32,000 nt of DNA from Candidatus Brocadia sp. (GCA_021650915.1 CP091279.1:2400001-2432000); one strand, 5' to 3'; shown: positions 9,675 through 19,848, counted from the first letter of the stretch. Translations and numbers: made by a program. The notes: generated by a model from the sequence alone, not told the origin.

Positions 9675-11477
9675 ATGGATAGAGAAGAATTTTTCACGGA
9701 AGACGTTTTGGCTGACAAAATATATGACAGGGCGGTTATCAGAAAACTGCTGTCGTATGTATTGCGGTATAAGGCCTCAGCTTTCTTGTCGGTCTTTATC
9801 GTGCTGATTACTACCGTTTTGTTCCTGCTGTGTCCATACCTCTTTGGATATGCAATTGATCATGGCATCAGCAAGGGCGATAAGACATTGGTATACCGGA
9901 CGGCATTGGCCATACTTGGGATCCAAACCCTACGGCTCATATTAGTCGTAGTTCAAAGTTACAATATTCAGGCCATTGGGCAGAAGGTCATGCTGGATGT
10001 GCGCATGGAGCTTTTTCGCCACGTTCAGTCACTCCCCGTTTCCTTTTTCGATAAAAATCCCGTTGGGAGGGTTGTCACACGCCTGACCAATGATATTGCA
10101 GCCATTGGGGAGCTCTTTTCAGCCGGTGTTATTGTCGTAATCGGAGACGTCTTCATCATCATCGGGATCTTTGTGGCGATGGTGATGCTCAACGGGAAAC
10201 TTGCCCTCATTACCCTTTCCGTCTTCCCCATTATTGTGATAATTGCCCTCTGGTTCGGGAAACACATGAAGAATTCCTTCCGGGAGATACGGCGCAAGCT
10301 GGCGCGTATCAACGCCTATCTCAATGAAAATATCACCGGAATGAAGGTTGTCCAGCTCTTCAATCGCGAGAAAAAGAACTATAAGAAATTTGACGAGATC
10401 AATGATGACTATTTAAAAGAGCAGGTGAGATATATCCGCTATTTTGCCGTGTTCCAGCCGGCAATAAATATGGTAAGCGCATTAGCAGTTGGCCTGGTGC
10501 TCTGGTATGGAGCCAGGAGATACATGCACGGTTTTCTTACCCTCGGCGTCCTCGTGTCATTCCTGGCGTACATTCACGATTTATTCGATCCCATCCGTGA
10601 CATTGTGGAAAAATACAATATTTTTCAGGGCGCTATGGCCTCGTCCGAGCGGGTGTTCGGTCTCATGCAGGAACCGGCTGAAGTGGATTATGTTATTCCC
10701 CATCCCTCCCGCGAGGTCTCCAGGAAAGATTTTAAGGGAGATATTGAATTTCAAAATATCTGGTTTGCTTATAACGGAAACGATTATGTGTTGAAGGATA
10801 TATCGTTTCGTATAAAGCCGGGGCAGTCCGTTGCGCTGGTGGGGGTAACTGGCAGTGGAAAGACATCGATTGCAAGCATCCTGACGCGACTCTATGAAAT
10901 CCAAAAGGGAACGATCCTGTTGGATCAGATAGATATCCGGAAGATTGAAAAGGTGGGGCTGCGGTACGTTGTTGGACTGGTGAGCCAGGACGTCTTTCTG
11001 TTTGCAGGTACCCTGCGTGATAACATTACCCTGTTCAATCCCATACCCACGGCAACCGTGTTAGAGACCATCGGGGCATTAGGGTTGATGCCCTTTATCG
11101 ACCGCATGTCCGGCGGGCTGGATATGGAAATTGCCGAGCGTGGCGCAAATCTCTCGGTAGGTGAGCGCCAGTTTATCTCACTCTCCCGCATCATTCTCTA
11201 CGACCCGCGGGTGATCATCCTTGATGAGGCGACGTCCAGCATGGATCCCCTCTCAGAGGTCCTGATCCAGAATGCCATGCAAAAGGTCACCCAGGCCAGG
11301 ACGTCCATCTTCATTGCCCACCGGTTATCCACCATCCTGCATTGTGACAAGATTATCGTATTAAACAAGGGCAAGAAGGTGGAAGAGGGCAGTCACGAAG
11401 AACTCCTCCGGCTGGGCGGCCTTTACAGTCAGCTATACAGGGTATATATGAAGGAGGAGTTGATAGGGCATGGGTAA
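9675..11477 (+). CDS. ABC exporter, fused permease/ATPase (MsbA/MdlB-like half transporter)
   Basis: N-terminal six-TM exporter domain, then an NBD with Walker A GVTGSGKTS, signature LSVGERQ and Walker B IILDEATSSMD. 600 aa. Confidence 0.85.
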   Translation: MDREEFFTEDVLADKIYDRAVIRKLLSYVLRYKASAFLSVFIVLITTVLFLLCPYLFGYAIDHGISKGDKTLVYRTALAILGIQTLRLILVVVQSYNIQAIGQKVMLDVRMELFRHVQSLPVSFFDKNPVGRVVTRLTNDIAAIGELFSAGVIVVIGDVFIIIGIFVAMVMLNGKLALITLSVFPIIVIIALWFGKHMKNSFREIRRKLARINAYLNENITGMKVVQLFNREKKNYKKFDEINDDYLKEQVRYIRYFAVFQPAINMVSALAVGLVLWYGARRYMHGFLTLGVLVSFLAYIHDLFDPIRDIVEKYNIFQGAMASSERVFGLMQEPAEVDYVIPHPSREVSRKDFKGDIEFQNIWFAYNGNDYVLKDISFRIKPGQSVALVGVTGSGKTSIASILTRLYEIQKGTILLDQIDIRKIEKVGLRYVVGLVSQDVFLFAGTLRDNITLFNPIPTATVLETIGALGLMPFIDRMSGGLDMEIAERGANLSVGERQFISLSRIILYDPRVIILDEATSSMDPLSEVLIQNAMQKVTQARTSIFIAHRLSTILHCDKIIVLNKGKKVEEGSHEELLRLGGLYSQLYRVYMKEELIGHG

Positions 11478-11683
11478 TCATGCAAAATTATGGAGAGTTT
11501 AAACAAGGAAAAGGATAAAATTACCGTCGATACCTACGTCCTGCTCGTGGGAAATTGCTTATACATCAAAAGAGTATGGAAGCAGTTATGAATTCCGCCC
11601 GCACTTTATAACTAACGAAGAAAATAAAAACCTGCAGGAAAGATTCAGGGCGCTCTTTAAAAATACCAGATTTATTGATGATT

Positions 11684-12699
11684 TAATCAAAGCCTAGTAT
11701 TACAACAAATTAATTACGAAACATAGTGCCTTGACAGCTTTTGATCAGCATCTTGCCGTGTAAACTTCCAATCTATTGTTGATTTGGCCTGGTTGCGTCG
11801 GTCAGTCCACGCAGCGACTTCCGACCGAAGGGTTTGTTCGTTTGGTATTCGGCACCCAGTACACTGCCGATCCATGATGCCGATTTCAATTTCAGCCATA
11901 TTAAGCCAACTGGCATGCTTGGGAGTATAATGAAATTCTACTCGTTCCAACATTTGGGTTGCTTCTTCAACACCCAATATTTCTTCAAAACTACTGCGAA
12001 AATGAGTATTAAGATTGTCCAACACCAGATGAATCTTGAGCGCCCTTACATAGACTTTTTTTACCAAATGGCCGATGAACTGGACAAAATCTCTCTTGGT
12101 ACGACGGGTTGTCACTTCAACCTGTCTACAACCACCCTTAGGTTCAACTGCCATGAAAATATTACGGGTGCCGGCACGTTTATACTCGCAGTCCTCTTTG
12201 ACAGGATTGCCCGGACTGGCAGGAATTGGGGGGCGCGGTTGTTCCAAAAGCTGCTTACTCTTCTCGTCTACGCAAATCACTGGCTCGTCCTCACAATAAG
12301 ACCTCGTGTAGAGTTCCAGCAAGTCATACATCCTTTGGCGGTATTCCTCAGTCAATTTACCAATACACCACATCAATTTCCGCCACGGCTTACAGTCGTT
12401 TTTTTTAGAAAGAGACGGATACTTTCACGACTAATCTTTCTAAGTTTTAGCTGTTGCCTTATTGCTTCAGTCAACAAGGCGATTGTCCAGCGCCTGGCAC
12501 CCTTCGGTGGTGCACTACATGCCAAAGCTACGACTTCGGCTTGTTGGTTGGTTCCGTATTTTACCGGCTGACCGGGTCTGACAACATCGTGAAGTGCATA
12601 ATCCAAGCCCTTCTCAAGATATGCAGAGCGTGTCCGCCAAATGGCAGTGCGGCCAACACCCAGAACAGACAGAATATGTTTTTCAGGCACATTTTGGTC
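11684..12699 (-). mobile_element. IS630-family element lacking its 5' end (left boundary uncertain)
   Basis: Contains the two-frame transposase below. The right side ends where the inverted repeat of the neighbouring IS begins (12700). No matching terminal repeat could be found, so the left limit is only approximate. Confidence 0.5.
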
Positions 12700-12732
12700 T
12701 AACCCGACTTTCGCAATTCGAGGGGTATACAA
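11714..12732 (-). CDS. IS630-family transposase, OrfA+OrfB joined by a -1 slip on A8; N-terminally truncated
   Basis: OrfA reads ...AEVVALACSAPPKGARRWTIALLTEAI...RLFLKK. OrfB reads WCIGKLTEEYRQRMYDLLELY...DEKS...LDNLNTH...HYTPKHASWLNMAEIE, a DDE region. On the minus strand, CTA AAA AAA ACG (T8 at 12399-12406 on plus) shifted by -1 gives KKNDCKPWRKLMWCIGK, the family-typical KPW junction. Codons from 12732 to about 12700 lie inside the neighbouring IS repeat and are probably not native. Confidence 0.8.
12700..12720. repeat. Left terminal inverted repeat of the IS1634-like element
   Basis: TAACCCGACTTTCGCAATTCG. Its reverse complement occurs at 14692-14712 (20/21). Confidence 0.7.
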
Positions 12733-12777
12733 CCCGCTAAGCCAGTAAAATCAAGGGGTCATGTAAAAAGGTCGGCA

Positions 12778-14559
12778 CTACAGGCCGACCTGTCCGAATG
12801 CGTAAACCTTGGGCGGCGGTTGTTCAGGAAGCGTTAATCCCAATTGTGCCAAAAGGAGAGCGACGTCCTTCTCCGGCTGGGTATAACGGCTCATGACAAT
12901 ATGACGGCCATCCGTGGTCGGTAAATGAACGTCTATCATTTGAATGCCCGACAGTTTTTCCAAAATCGCTTCAGACGTCAGCCCTCCGGCCCTCCCCCGC
13001 GCAAGATTGCGCAGTGTCGTGTGGAGACAAAAAGCCAAAAAGGAAACAAAGATATGGGCTTCAATTCTCCGTTCCAATTGATGCCATAGGGGGCGGACGG
13101 AAAGAGACCCCTTCAAGTCCTTAAATGCCTGTACTATCCGTGTCAACAGCAAATAATTTTCCCAGACGGTTTCTGGCGCGGTGGCCTGCATGTTGGAACG
13201 AAGCAAATAACGCCCCTCGCGCCGATACGCCTGCCTCAGGCGTTCCCGATCCAAACTGAACCGGAACGTATTCTCATTGACCGGTTCCTGCGGTTTGGGA
13301 ATGGAGATCGTGACCAGCCTGTAGTCTCGTCCGGCTTCTTTCTTTAACGCGCCAATATGCATGAGCAGGTCATCGCGCGTGAGCGCCTTTCGATTGCGAA
13401 GTTCGCGCAGACCCATCCACAAACGTCTGAGTCTGCGCCTACGCATGGCACGCTCCTTAGACACCCGGTCATGGCTTTCCACGTAAACGTAAAACTCCGA
13501 TTCCTGCCGAAGAACTTTCACGCGGACGCTCTCCCCTCGCCCGCATCCAGGTTTGTTCGAGTAGCGGTTTTTCTACTCTCGTCAAATGCCCCTTCGGAGT
13601 CCCAACCAAATAATCAATCCCGCGCTCACGCATCTTTTCCAACATCTCCTCCGTTGGAATACCGCGATCCATAAGCCAGGTGCGCCGGAATTTCCCATAC
13701 TGCTTTTCAATCCGATCCAGAAATTCCTCCAGCGTTGCGGTGTCTCTGGTATTGCCCGGATACACTTCGTAGGCAACGGGAAATCCTTCCGGCGTTAACA
13801 CCAATGCCACTACCACCTGCACGCAATCCGAACGTTTGTCCCGGCTATATCCAAACCGTTTCTTACTCCCCGATCCAGTCGGAGGTGGGTCACTTTCAAA
13901 ATACGTACTCGTCAAATCATACAGCAGTACATCGTACTTCGCCCCAAAGAGCTTGCCCCACTTCTCCTTTAAATAGGCAAACAGCTCGTCCCGATGCTCA
14001 AGCAACAAATCCAAACAACGATACGCCTTGTCCTTCTGCGCCAGGGAATAATCCTCTCCCAGCAGATCGCCTATTGCGCTGCGCACGTACCACTCACGGT
14101 GAAAACGAAATTCGCTTCCCGGATCGATCAGCCGGTAACAGACAAGCGCCTTCAGCATATTCAACCAGCTTGTCCCCTTCCGGCTTGACGGCAGACGCAT
14201 CCTCCAGAATGTGTCCAGTCCAGCATATTCCATACATACAATCCCAACCAGCTTGCTCCCCACTCCCGTGGATGGCGCAGCTCTATTTTGTCCAACCTCA
14301 CCCGAACTGTCTCACCATCCGGTATCGGCATGGCTTCCCGGTCATCCGGAAACAATGCCAGTTGTCTTGGCTTGGGTTCTTTACCCGACATCGTCTCTAT
14401 CGTCCGAATCCACCCAGCCCGTTGATTGTCATTGAGTTCTCCCAAATAGAGAACCTGCCGCTGCACCACCCTTCTTCCGGTAACCCGGCGGTTCTCTACC
14501 ACACTCCAATACCGGTGGGTTTTCCCATCTTTCGTTCATGTCTTTTCCCGGAGAAACAT
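12778..14559 (-). pseudogene. IS1634-family DDE transposase, inactivated by one in-frame stop and two frameshifts
   Basis: From ATG 14559 the minus strand reads MFLREKT-TGA-TKDGKTHRYWSVVENRRVTGRRVVQRQVLYLGELND. The protein continues in three ORF-track pieces: 14502-14161, 14263-13469 and 13521-12778. The frame changes lie near 14215 (..VWNML / GLDTFW..) and near 13525 (..RARGE / VKVLRQESEF..). C-terminal signature SVRPLWH...RIEAHIFVSFLAF. Confidence 0.7.
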
Positions 14560-14691
14560 GCGAGCATTTTCGCACTTCCTCCTGCATGCGTCAAGAGGGT
14601 AGGTCGGCACTACAAGCCATTTTGAAAATTCACCCCTTGAATATCACGGGTTTCCTGGCGACTCTTGCCCAAAAATAAACTTTTTTGGGCG

Positions 14692-14712
14692 CGAATTGCG
14701 AAAGTCGGGCTA
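14692..14712. repeat. Right terminal inverted repeat of the IS1634-like element
   Basis: CGAATTGCGAAAGTCGGGCTA is the reverse complement of 12700-12720 with one mismatch. Confidence 0.7.
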
Positions 14713-14938
14713 ACTACCAATATATTAAATACTTACGTGTTTTGCTTGGGGTGAACATCCGTTATATGAGACAGCATCACTGGATAAGGCTGATGGTGAA
14801 GGGAACGCGGGCGTTTGGCCAGCTCATGCCGCGGTCTCGGCCAAACGGGGGATGAAGAGAGGGTGGCGTATTGTTATGACCTTTTGCGCGCCTTTGGTTT
14901 ATGATAGTTTCCCTGGCAGAGATTGTGGCGCAGCATGG

Positions 14939-16882
14939 TTACAAAATCTTATAGTTCTCGATCTTTTCATAGAGCACCTTCCGGCTGATCCCCAGCAGTG
15001 CAGCGGCCTTAGATTTATTACCCTCTGTTGATTTTAGTGCATCCACAATCATCTCAACTTCCAATTGTTTTTGGGCTTCATAGAGAGTTCCTGCGGATTT
15101 ATATTTTTGCAACCGCACCGCGGGCCGGTTACATACTTCGTGAGGGAGCATCTCTACCCCAACGACGCTATCGGCCGGCGCAATGGTAACAATCCTCTCC
15201 ATGACATTCCTTAACTCCCGCACATTGCCCGGCCATGTATAATTTAACAGATTGGTCTTTGCTTCGTCAGTAAATCCCTTGATACGCTTGCCAACATCGG
15301 CACAACTTGACGCTAAAAAATGGGTTATCAGCAAAGGGATGTCTTCTTTCCGTTCACGCAGCGGCGGAACATGTATCGGCACAACGTTCAACCGGTAAAA
15401 AAGGTCTTCCCGAAACTCCCCGCTACTGATGGCTGCCTTTAAATCCTTGTTGGTGGCGGCAAGGATACGCACATCGATCTTCATGATCCTGGTTCCGCCT
15501 AATCGTTGCAGCTCCTTTTCCTGCAATACCCGCAGGAGTTTTGCCTGCGTATGAACAGACATTTCCCCGATTTCATCAAGGAAGATTGTTCCCTTGTCCG
15601 CCACTTCGAAGAGCCCCTGCTTTGTCTCTGATGCCCCTGTAAATGCGCCTTTTTCATGGCCGAAGAGTTCGCTTTCAAGCAAATCCCGCGGAATCGCAGC
15701 GCAGTTTAAAACCACGAAAGGCTGACCTGCCCTTGAACCATCATAATGGATGGCCTTGGCAATCAGTTCTTTGCCCGTGCCGCTTTCCCCGGTAATAAGC
15801 ACGCTGTAAGGAGAGATGCTGACTTTTTTGACAAACTCCAGCATTTCATTCATCTTTGCGCTGACACCAATGATATCGCTGAGGGAGGAGCGAACCTTCT
15901 GTTGTTTCTTGAGATTTTTATTCTCATGCTCGACGCGTTCCTTCGCCAGTTTGAGACCATCAAGAAGTTCAGCGTTATAGATTAACAACGCCACCTGTGA
16001 AGCAATACCGGTAAAGAGATCCAGATCCGTCCGGGAAAATTCGCCGGTAGTGTTCCTGCTCTCGATCTGTAATATGCCCAGCGTTCTTTGAGGACACAAA
16101 AGAGGGGCGCACAGGATGGAACTTGCACCGCTGATCTTGACACTCACACTCACCTGGGAATCCATGCGGGTATTCATGATGAGCAATGACCGCCGCTCCT
16201 CAATGGCACGACGGGCAAGCGTTTGGCTCAGAACGCATTCCTCCCCCGCAAGAGACGGCTCCCTTGTCTGAACCATCCGGACCGCCAGGGCATTCTCTCC
16301 GCGGCCTTGTAAGGCGACAAAGCACCGTTCAGCCTGAGGAAATATGGCAAAAACGATCTTTATAATCTCTTTGAGCAATGCATCAATATCAAAAATACTG
16401 CCAACCGCCCTTGCAATTTCCTGAAAGACTTTGAGGTTTTTCTGTAGCCTCTCAAACGCCTCTTTACCGGCGGTATCGCCGGTATTGTCCTCGGCAGTTC
16501 CCGCCGGGACATGATCTTTTGCAGCTACGATAATTTGGGTGTACTCGCTGGATGGTGGCGTGATGTTTGCCGGATGTGGCGATTCAGCGCTTCGGAAGAT
16601 CAGGGTATGGGGGCCGATACAGATTTTACTGCTGTCAGAAAGCGGCTGGGGGGAGGTTATCCGCGCATCATTCAAAAAGACTCCGTTGAGACTGCCCAGA
16701 TCCTCGACAACATATCCTTCATTCCACCTGCTGACCCTGGCGTGGTGCCGGGAAACCATAAGATCATCAAGTTTAATATCGGTCGTGGACGCCCGGCCAA
16801 TAATGGTGATGTCTTTTAACGGGTAACTTTTTTTCTGCCCAGGAATGGTAACATCAATGAGTTCTGCCATACGCACAGACAA
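14939..16882 (-). CDS. Sigma54-dependent transcriptional activator with N-terminal FHA and central GAF domains
   Basis: FHA-like N-terminus ([26 protein letters not shown]...[13 protein letters not shown]). A GAF-sized region follows. AAA+ core with Walker A GESGTGKE and [16 protein letters not shown]-terminal Fis-type [23 protein letters not shown]. Confidence 0.9.
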   Translation of the reverse strand: MSVRMAELIDVTIPGQKKSYPLKDITIIGRASTTDIKLDDLMVSRHHARVSRWNEGYVVEDLGSLNGVFLNDARITSPQPLSDSSKICIGPHTLIFRSAESPHPANITPPSSEYTQIIVAAKDHVPAGTAEDNTGDTAGKEAFERLQKNLKVFQEIARAVGSIFDIDALLKEIIKIVFAIFPQAERCFVALQGRGENALAVRMVQTREPSLAGEECVLSQTLARRAIEERRSLLIMNTRMDSQVSVSVKISGASSILCAPLLCPQRTLGILQIESRNTTGEFSRTDLDLFTGIASQVALLIYNAELLDGLKLAKERVEHENKNLKKQQKVRSSLSDIIGVSAKMNEMLEFVKKVSISPYSVLITGESGTGKELIAKAIHYDGSRAGQPFVVLNCAAIPRDLLESELFGHEKGAFTGASETKQGLFEVADKGTIFLDEIGEMSVHTQAKLLRVLQEKELQRLGGTRIMKIDVRILAATNKDLKAAISSGEFREDLFYRLNVVPIHVPPLRERKEDIPLLITHFLASSCADVGKRIKGFTDEAKTNLLNYTWPGNVRELRNVMERIVTIAPADSVVGVEMLPHEVCNRPAVRLQKYKSAGTLYEAQKQLEVEMIVDALKSTEGNKSKAAALLGISRKVLYEKIENYKIL

Positions 16883-16904
16883 CGACAGATTCCAAGGTTG
16901 CGAA

Positions 16905-18716
16905 TTAAAGCGTTAACAATCGCATGATGTCATTCCGTGTGGCATAAATGACGAGGGTAATGATAAGACCAAAACCGATATACTGGGCGATCGAGAGCGT
17001 CCGCTGGCTCACCGGAGAACCCTTGATTCGTTCAATCGCAAGAAACAGGAGATGGCCGCCATCCAGCACGGGAACGGGCAAAATGTTTAAGAGCGCAAGC
17101 TGGAGGCTCAGGATACCCAAAAAATATACCAACTTGCCAAAACCCACCTTTGCCGATTCGTAAGAAGCCTGAGCAATAAGAATAAACCCGCCAACGTTCT
17201 TTGTTGAAAGCCGCTGTGAGAAAAACCCCTTGATCGTCAGATATAATCGCTGGACATTAATGATTGCCTTTTTCGTGCCCACGACGCACGAACCAAAAAG
17301 GCCGTATTGTTTTACAACGGTTTTTTCTCTGAATTTCACCCCGATATTTCCCACCGCAGTCTTTTCATCCTTCTGCGGCTCGATGGGAGAGACAAACCGC
17401 TCATCACCCCGCATCCACTCAATTACCATGGGTTTTCCCTGACTCAACACTACCTGCTGCAGGAGAGAATTCCAATCCTTGAGTTCCTTCTCATTCAAAG
17501 AGATTATCGTATCTCCGGGTCGCAATCCAACCTTTTCTGCGGGATACCCATTCACCAGAGAATCTACCTTCAATCCATAGAAAGGGCTCAGTCCATCCAG
17601 AAATTCATCTTTCACCCTTTCATCACCAAGGAGCGCGGAAATCAGGGTTACCGCTTGATTCCTTTTCACCGTAAAAACCACTGTTTCTTCTTCCGAGTCC
17701 ATAATCCGCTTCCTGATATCGGTAAAACCCGTCACGGGTTTTGAATTTACTTCGACAATCTCGTCGCCTTTCCGGAAACCAGCCTTGCTCGCAAGGCTGT
17801 TATTTTTCACGCCATCCAATATTGCCGTTGCGCAGGAGAGGCCAAGCATCCACCGGGTGGACTGAAAAGGAATCACCTTTAGCTCCAATTCCTTATTGTC
17901 CCGCAATACCGTAAACGCAATCTCTTTTCCGGGATGTGATGTTTCAACCTCGCGAAATTCATCCTCGTTGGAAATCCGTTTGCCATTTACGGCAACGATA
18001 ACGTCATTCACCTGAATCCCCGCATCTCTGGCCGGAGAGTGCTTATTTTCAAAGGCAAATATCTTATCGATCTCCAGACTGGTAGCCGGCATAATGCCTA
18101 TGCGCTGGATACCATGCTCGGCATCGTACTTTGGCGTGACCCTGACATCAAAAGTCTTATCTTTCCGTTCAATTTTAAGGTTTACCCCCCTGGACGGATC
18201 GCTCAGGGCAACGATCGTAAAAAGGTCTTCAAAATCAGGGTCTTTGTCTCCGTCAACCTCAACAATCTTGTCCCCACGCTGTATTCCGGCATCCCAGGCT
18301 GGCCAACCCGGCGCGACCTGACCGATCTCAGGAGTAATAAAAGGCACGCCAATCTGGAAGGCAACAATGAAGGCTATAAAGGCTAAAACGGCGTTTAGAG
18401 CGACCCCCGCCACAAGCACAGAGGCGCGCTGTCCGACACTCTTCGCCGAAAACTCCCAGTGAGAACCGGTCTTTTCTTCCTCAGGCCCTTCACCGGCAAG
18501 CTTGACATAACCGCCCAGCGGGAAGAGTGAAAGACGGTATTCCGTTTCTCCCCACTGCTTTTTCAGGAGTGCAGGGCCGAAGCCCAATGAAAAGGCAAGC
18601 ACCCTGACCCCGATCTTTTTTGCCATAAGAAAGTGGCCCAGTTCATGGACAAAGATAAGCAGGCCGATACCCACGATAACAAGAATAATATTGGTTGATA
18701 CATTTAGATAAGGCAT
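16905..18716 (-). CDS. rseP: RIP (site-2) zinc metalloprotease RseP with four PDZ-like repeats
   Basis: HELGHF lies in the first TM segment. Four repeats of the PDZ carboxylate-loop-distal motif: GIQRGDKIVEVDG, GIQVNDVIVAVNG, GFRKGDEIVEVNS, GLRPGDTIISLNE. C-terminal LNILPVPVLDGGHL motif. 603 aa. Confidence 0.9.
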   Translation of the reverse strand: MPYLNVSTNIILVIVGIGLLIFVHELGHFLMAKKIGVRVLAFSLGFGPALLKKQWGETEYRLSLFPLGGYVKLAGEGPEEEKTGSHWEFSAKSVGQRASVLVAGVALNAVLAFIAFIVAFQIGVPFITPEIGQVAPGWPAWDAGIQRGDKIVEVDGDKDPDFEDLFTIVALSDPSRGVNLKIERKDKTFDVRVTPKYDAEHGIQRIGIMPATSLEIDKIFAFENKHSPARDAGIQVNDVIVAVNGKRISNEDEFREVETSHPGKEIAFTVLRDNKELELKVIPFQSTRWMLGLSCATAILDGVKNNSLASKAGFRKGDEIVEVNSKPVTGFTDIRKRIMDSEEETVVFTVKRNQAVTLISALLGDERVKDEFLDGLSPFYGLKVDSLVNGYPAEKVGLRPGDTIISLNEKELKDWNSLLQQVVLSQGKPMVIEWMRGDERFVSPIEPQKDEKTAVGNIGVKFREKTVVKQYGLFGSCVVGTKKAIINVQRLYLTIKGFFSQRLSTKNVGGFILIAQASYESAKVGFGKLVYFLGILSLQLALLNILPVPVLDGGHLLFLAIERIKGSPVSQRTLSIAQYIGFGLIITLVIYATRNDIMRLLTL

Positions 18717-19846
18717 TTTTTCATCTCCTGTCTTGCCCAGGCGTCCGCCGCCAGTATATCCTCAAGGCAAGGATTTTTTATAAAGTGATGATGGCTTATC
18801 ACCTTTTCCACATACATGGCAATCTCGGTGAATTTAATCTGACCATCGAGGAACGCTTGCACCGCCACCTCATTAGCAGCATTGAGTGTCGCCCCCGTCG
18901 TACCACCTTCCCGCGCAACCTGATAACCAAGACGCAAGGCCGGGAATTTTTCAGCATCAGGCTTCTTAAAAGTCAGGCTTCCCAGGGCCGGCAAATCGAA
19001 CCCTTTTACTCTGAGAGGGCTTCGTTCTGGATATGTCAAGGCATACTGGATGGGCACCTTCATATCCGGCGATCCCATCTGGGCAATAACTGACCCGTCA
19101 CAAAATTCCACCATGGAATGAATAATTGACTGCGGGTGAATAACAACATCGATCTGCTCTGCCGTGAGGCCAAACAGCCATTTCGCTTCAATGATCTCCA
19201 ATGCCTTGTTCATTAAGGTAGCTGAATCGATGGTGATCTTCTGTCCCATTTGCCACGTGGGATGCTTCAGGGCCTGTGCAGGCTTTACATCGGGAAGTTT
19301 ATCGGCAGGGTAATCACAAAATGGCCCGCCGGACGCAGTAATAATGACCCGCTTGACTTCGCATGACTTGCCTGAACGGAGAGACTGAAATATTGCACTG
19401 TGCTCACTGTCTACGGGTAATATCTGATCCTTTTTGGCCAGCGACATCACGATGTGTCCGGCCATAACCAGAGACTCTTTATTCGCCAGGGCAAGGGTCT
19501 TTCCCCGCTCTATAGCGGCAATGGCCGCAGGCAACCCTACCGCGCCCACAACGGCGGAAACCACAATGTCCGCATTACAGTTTAAAACCATTTCCTGCAA
19601 GCAGTTATTTCCGGCAAGCATTTCCGGATGCGTGCCCTGAAAACGCTGCTGTAACTTCTTGGCTAATTCGCCATCACATAAGGCAACATATCGGGGCTTG
19701 AATTCTTCGACCTGCTCGGCAAGCAATTCCCACCGGGAATTTGAAGACAGGCCAACTACCTGAAATTTATCCTTGAGATTTCGGGCAACTTCTAAAGTAT
19801 TTTTTCCAATCGAGCCTGTAGAACCAAGAACGACAATCTTTTTCAT
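18704..19846 (-). CDS. dxr: 1-deoxy-D-xylulose 5-phosphate reductoisomerase
   Basis: MKKIVVLGSTGSIGKNTL NADPH-binding N-terminus. 380 aa and full-length Dxr-like (..LPVDSEHSAIFQ..). It overlaps the rseP start by 13 nt. Confidence 0.92.
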   Translation of the reverse strand: MKKIVVLGSTGSIGKNTLEVARNLKDKFQVVGLSSNSRWELLAEQVEEFKPRYVALCDGELAKKLQQRFQGTHPEMLAGNNCLQEMVLNCNADIVVSAVVGAVGLPAAIAAIERGKTLALANKESLVMAGHIVMSLAKKDQILPVDSEHSAIFQSLRSGKSCEVKRVIITASGGPFCDYPADKLPDVKPAQALKHPTWQMGQKITIDSATLMNKALEIIEAKWLFGLTAEQIDVVIHPQSIIHSMVEFCDGSVIAQMGSPDMKVPIQYALTYPERSPLRVKGFDLPALGSLTFKKPDAEKFPALRLGYQVAREGGTTGATLNAANEVAVQAFLDGQIKFTEIAMYVEKVISHHHFIKNPCLEDILAADAWARQEMKKCLI

Positions 19847-19848
19847 GG

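Larger units (their letters stand above)
12700..14712 (-). mobile_element. Degenerate IS1634-like (IS4 superfamily) insertion sequence, about 2.0 kb
   Basis: Bounded by a 21-bp inverted repeat: TAACCCGACTTTCGCAATTCG at 12700-12720, with its reverse complement carrying one mismatch at 14692-14712. A subterminal inverted 9-mer TCAAGGGGT lies at 12751-12759 / 14632-14640. It encloses a broken transposase gene and is visibly more GC-rich than its surroundings. Confidence 0.6.

Noticed and set aside
11683-11700. Shared TTAATC between the MITE ends (114-119) and the sequence at the left edge of the IS630 element, as evidence that this transposase mobilises the MITE
   Set aside because: Only 6 nt match, the flanking dinucleotide is not TA, and the IS630 terminus itself cannot be defined because its other end is missing.
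12700-12732. TTG 12732 as the native start of IS630 OrfA
   Set aside because: These codons fall inside the terminal inverted repeat of the neighbouring IS1634-like element, and the protein lacks the N-terminal HTH segment expected for the family. The open frame here is probably fortuitous.
11834-14625. Long plus-strand ORFs (245 aa at 11834-12571, 296 aa at 13735-14625, and others)
   Set aside because: They are antisense shadows of the two transposase genes. Their sequences are low-complexity or Pro/Ser/Arg-rich with no recognisable motifs.
14812-14847. 9-bp stem (CGTTTGGCC / GGCCAAACG) with an 18-nt loop about 90 nt downstream of the sigma54 activator gene
   Set aside because: No U tract follows on the relevant (minus) strand and the loop is large. 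It could be a weak terminator or a chance palindrome, so it was not called.
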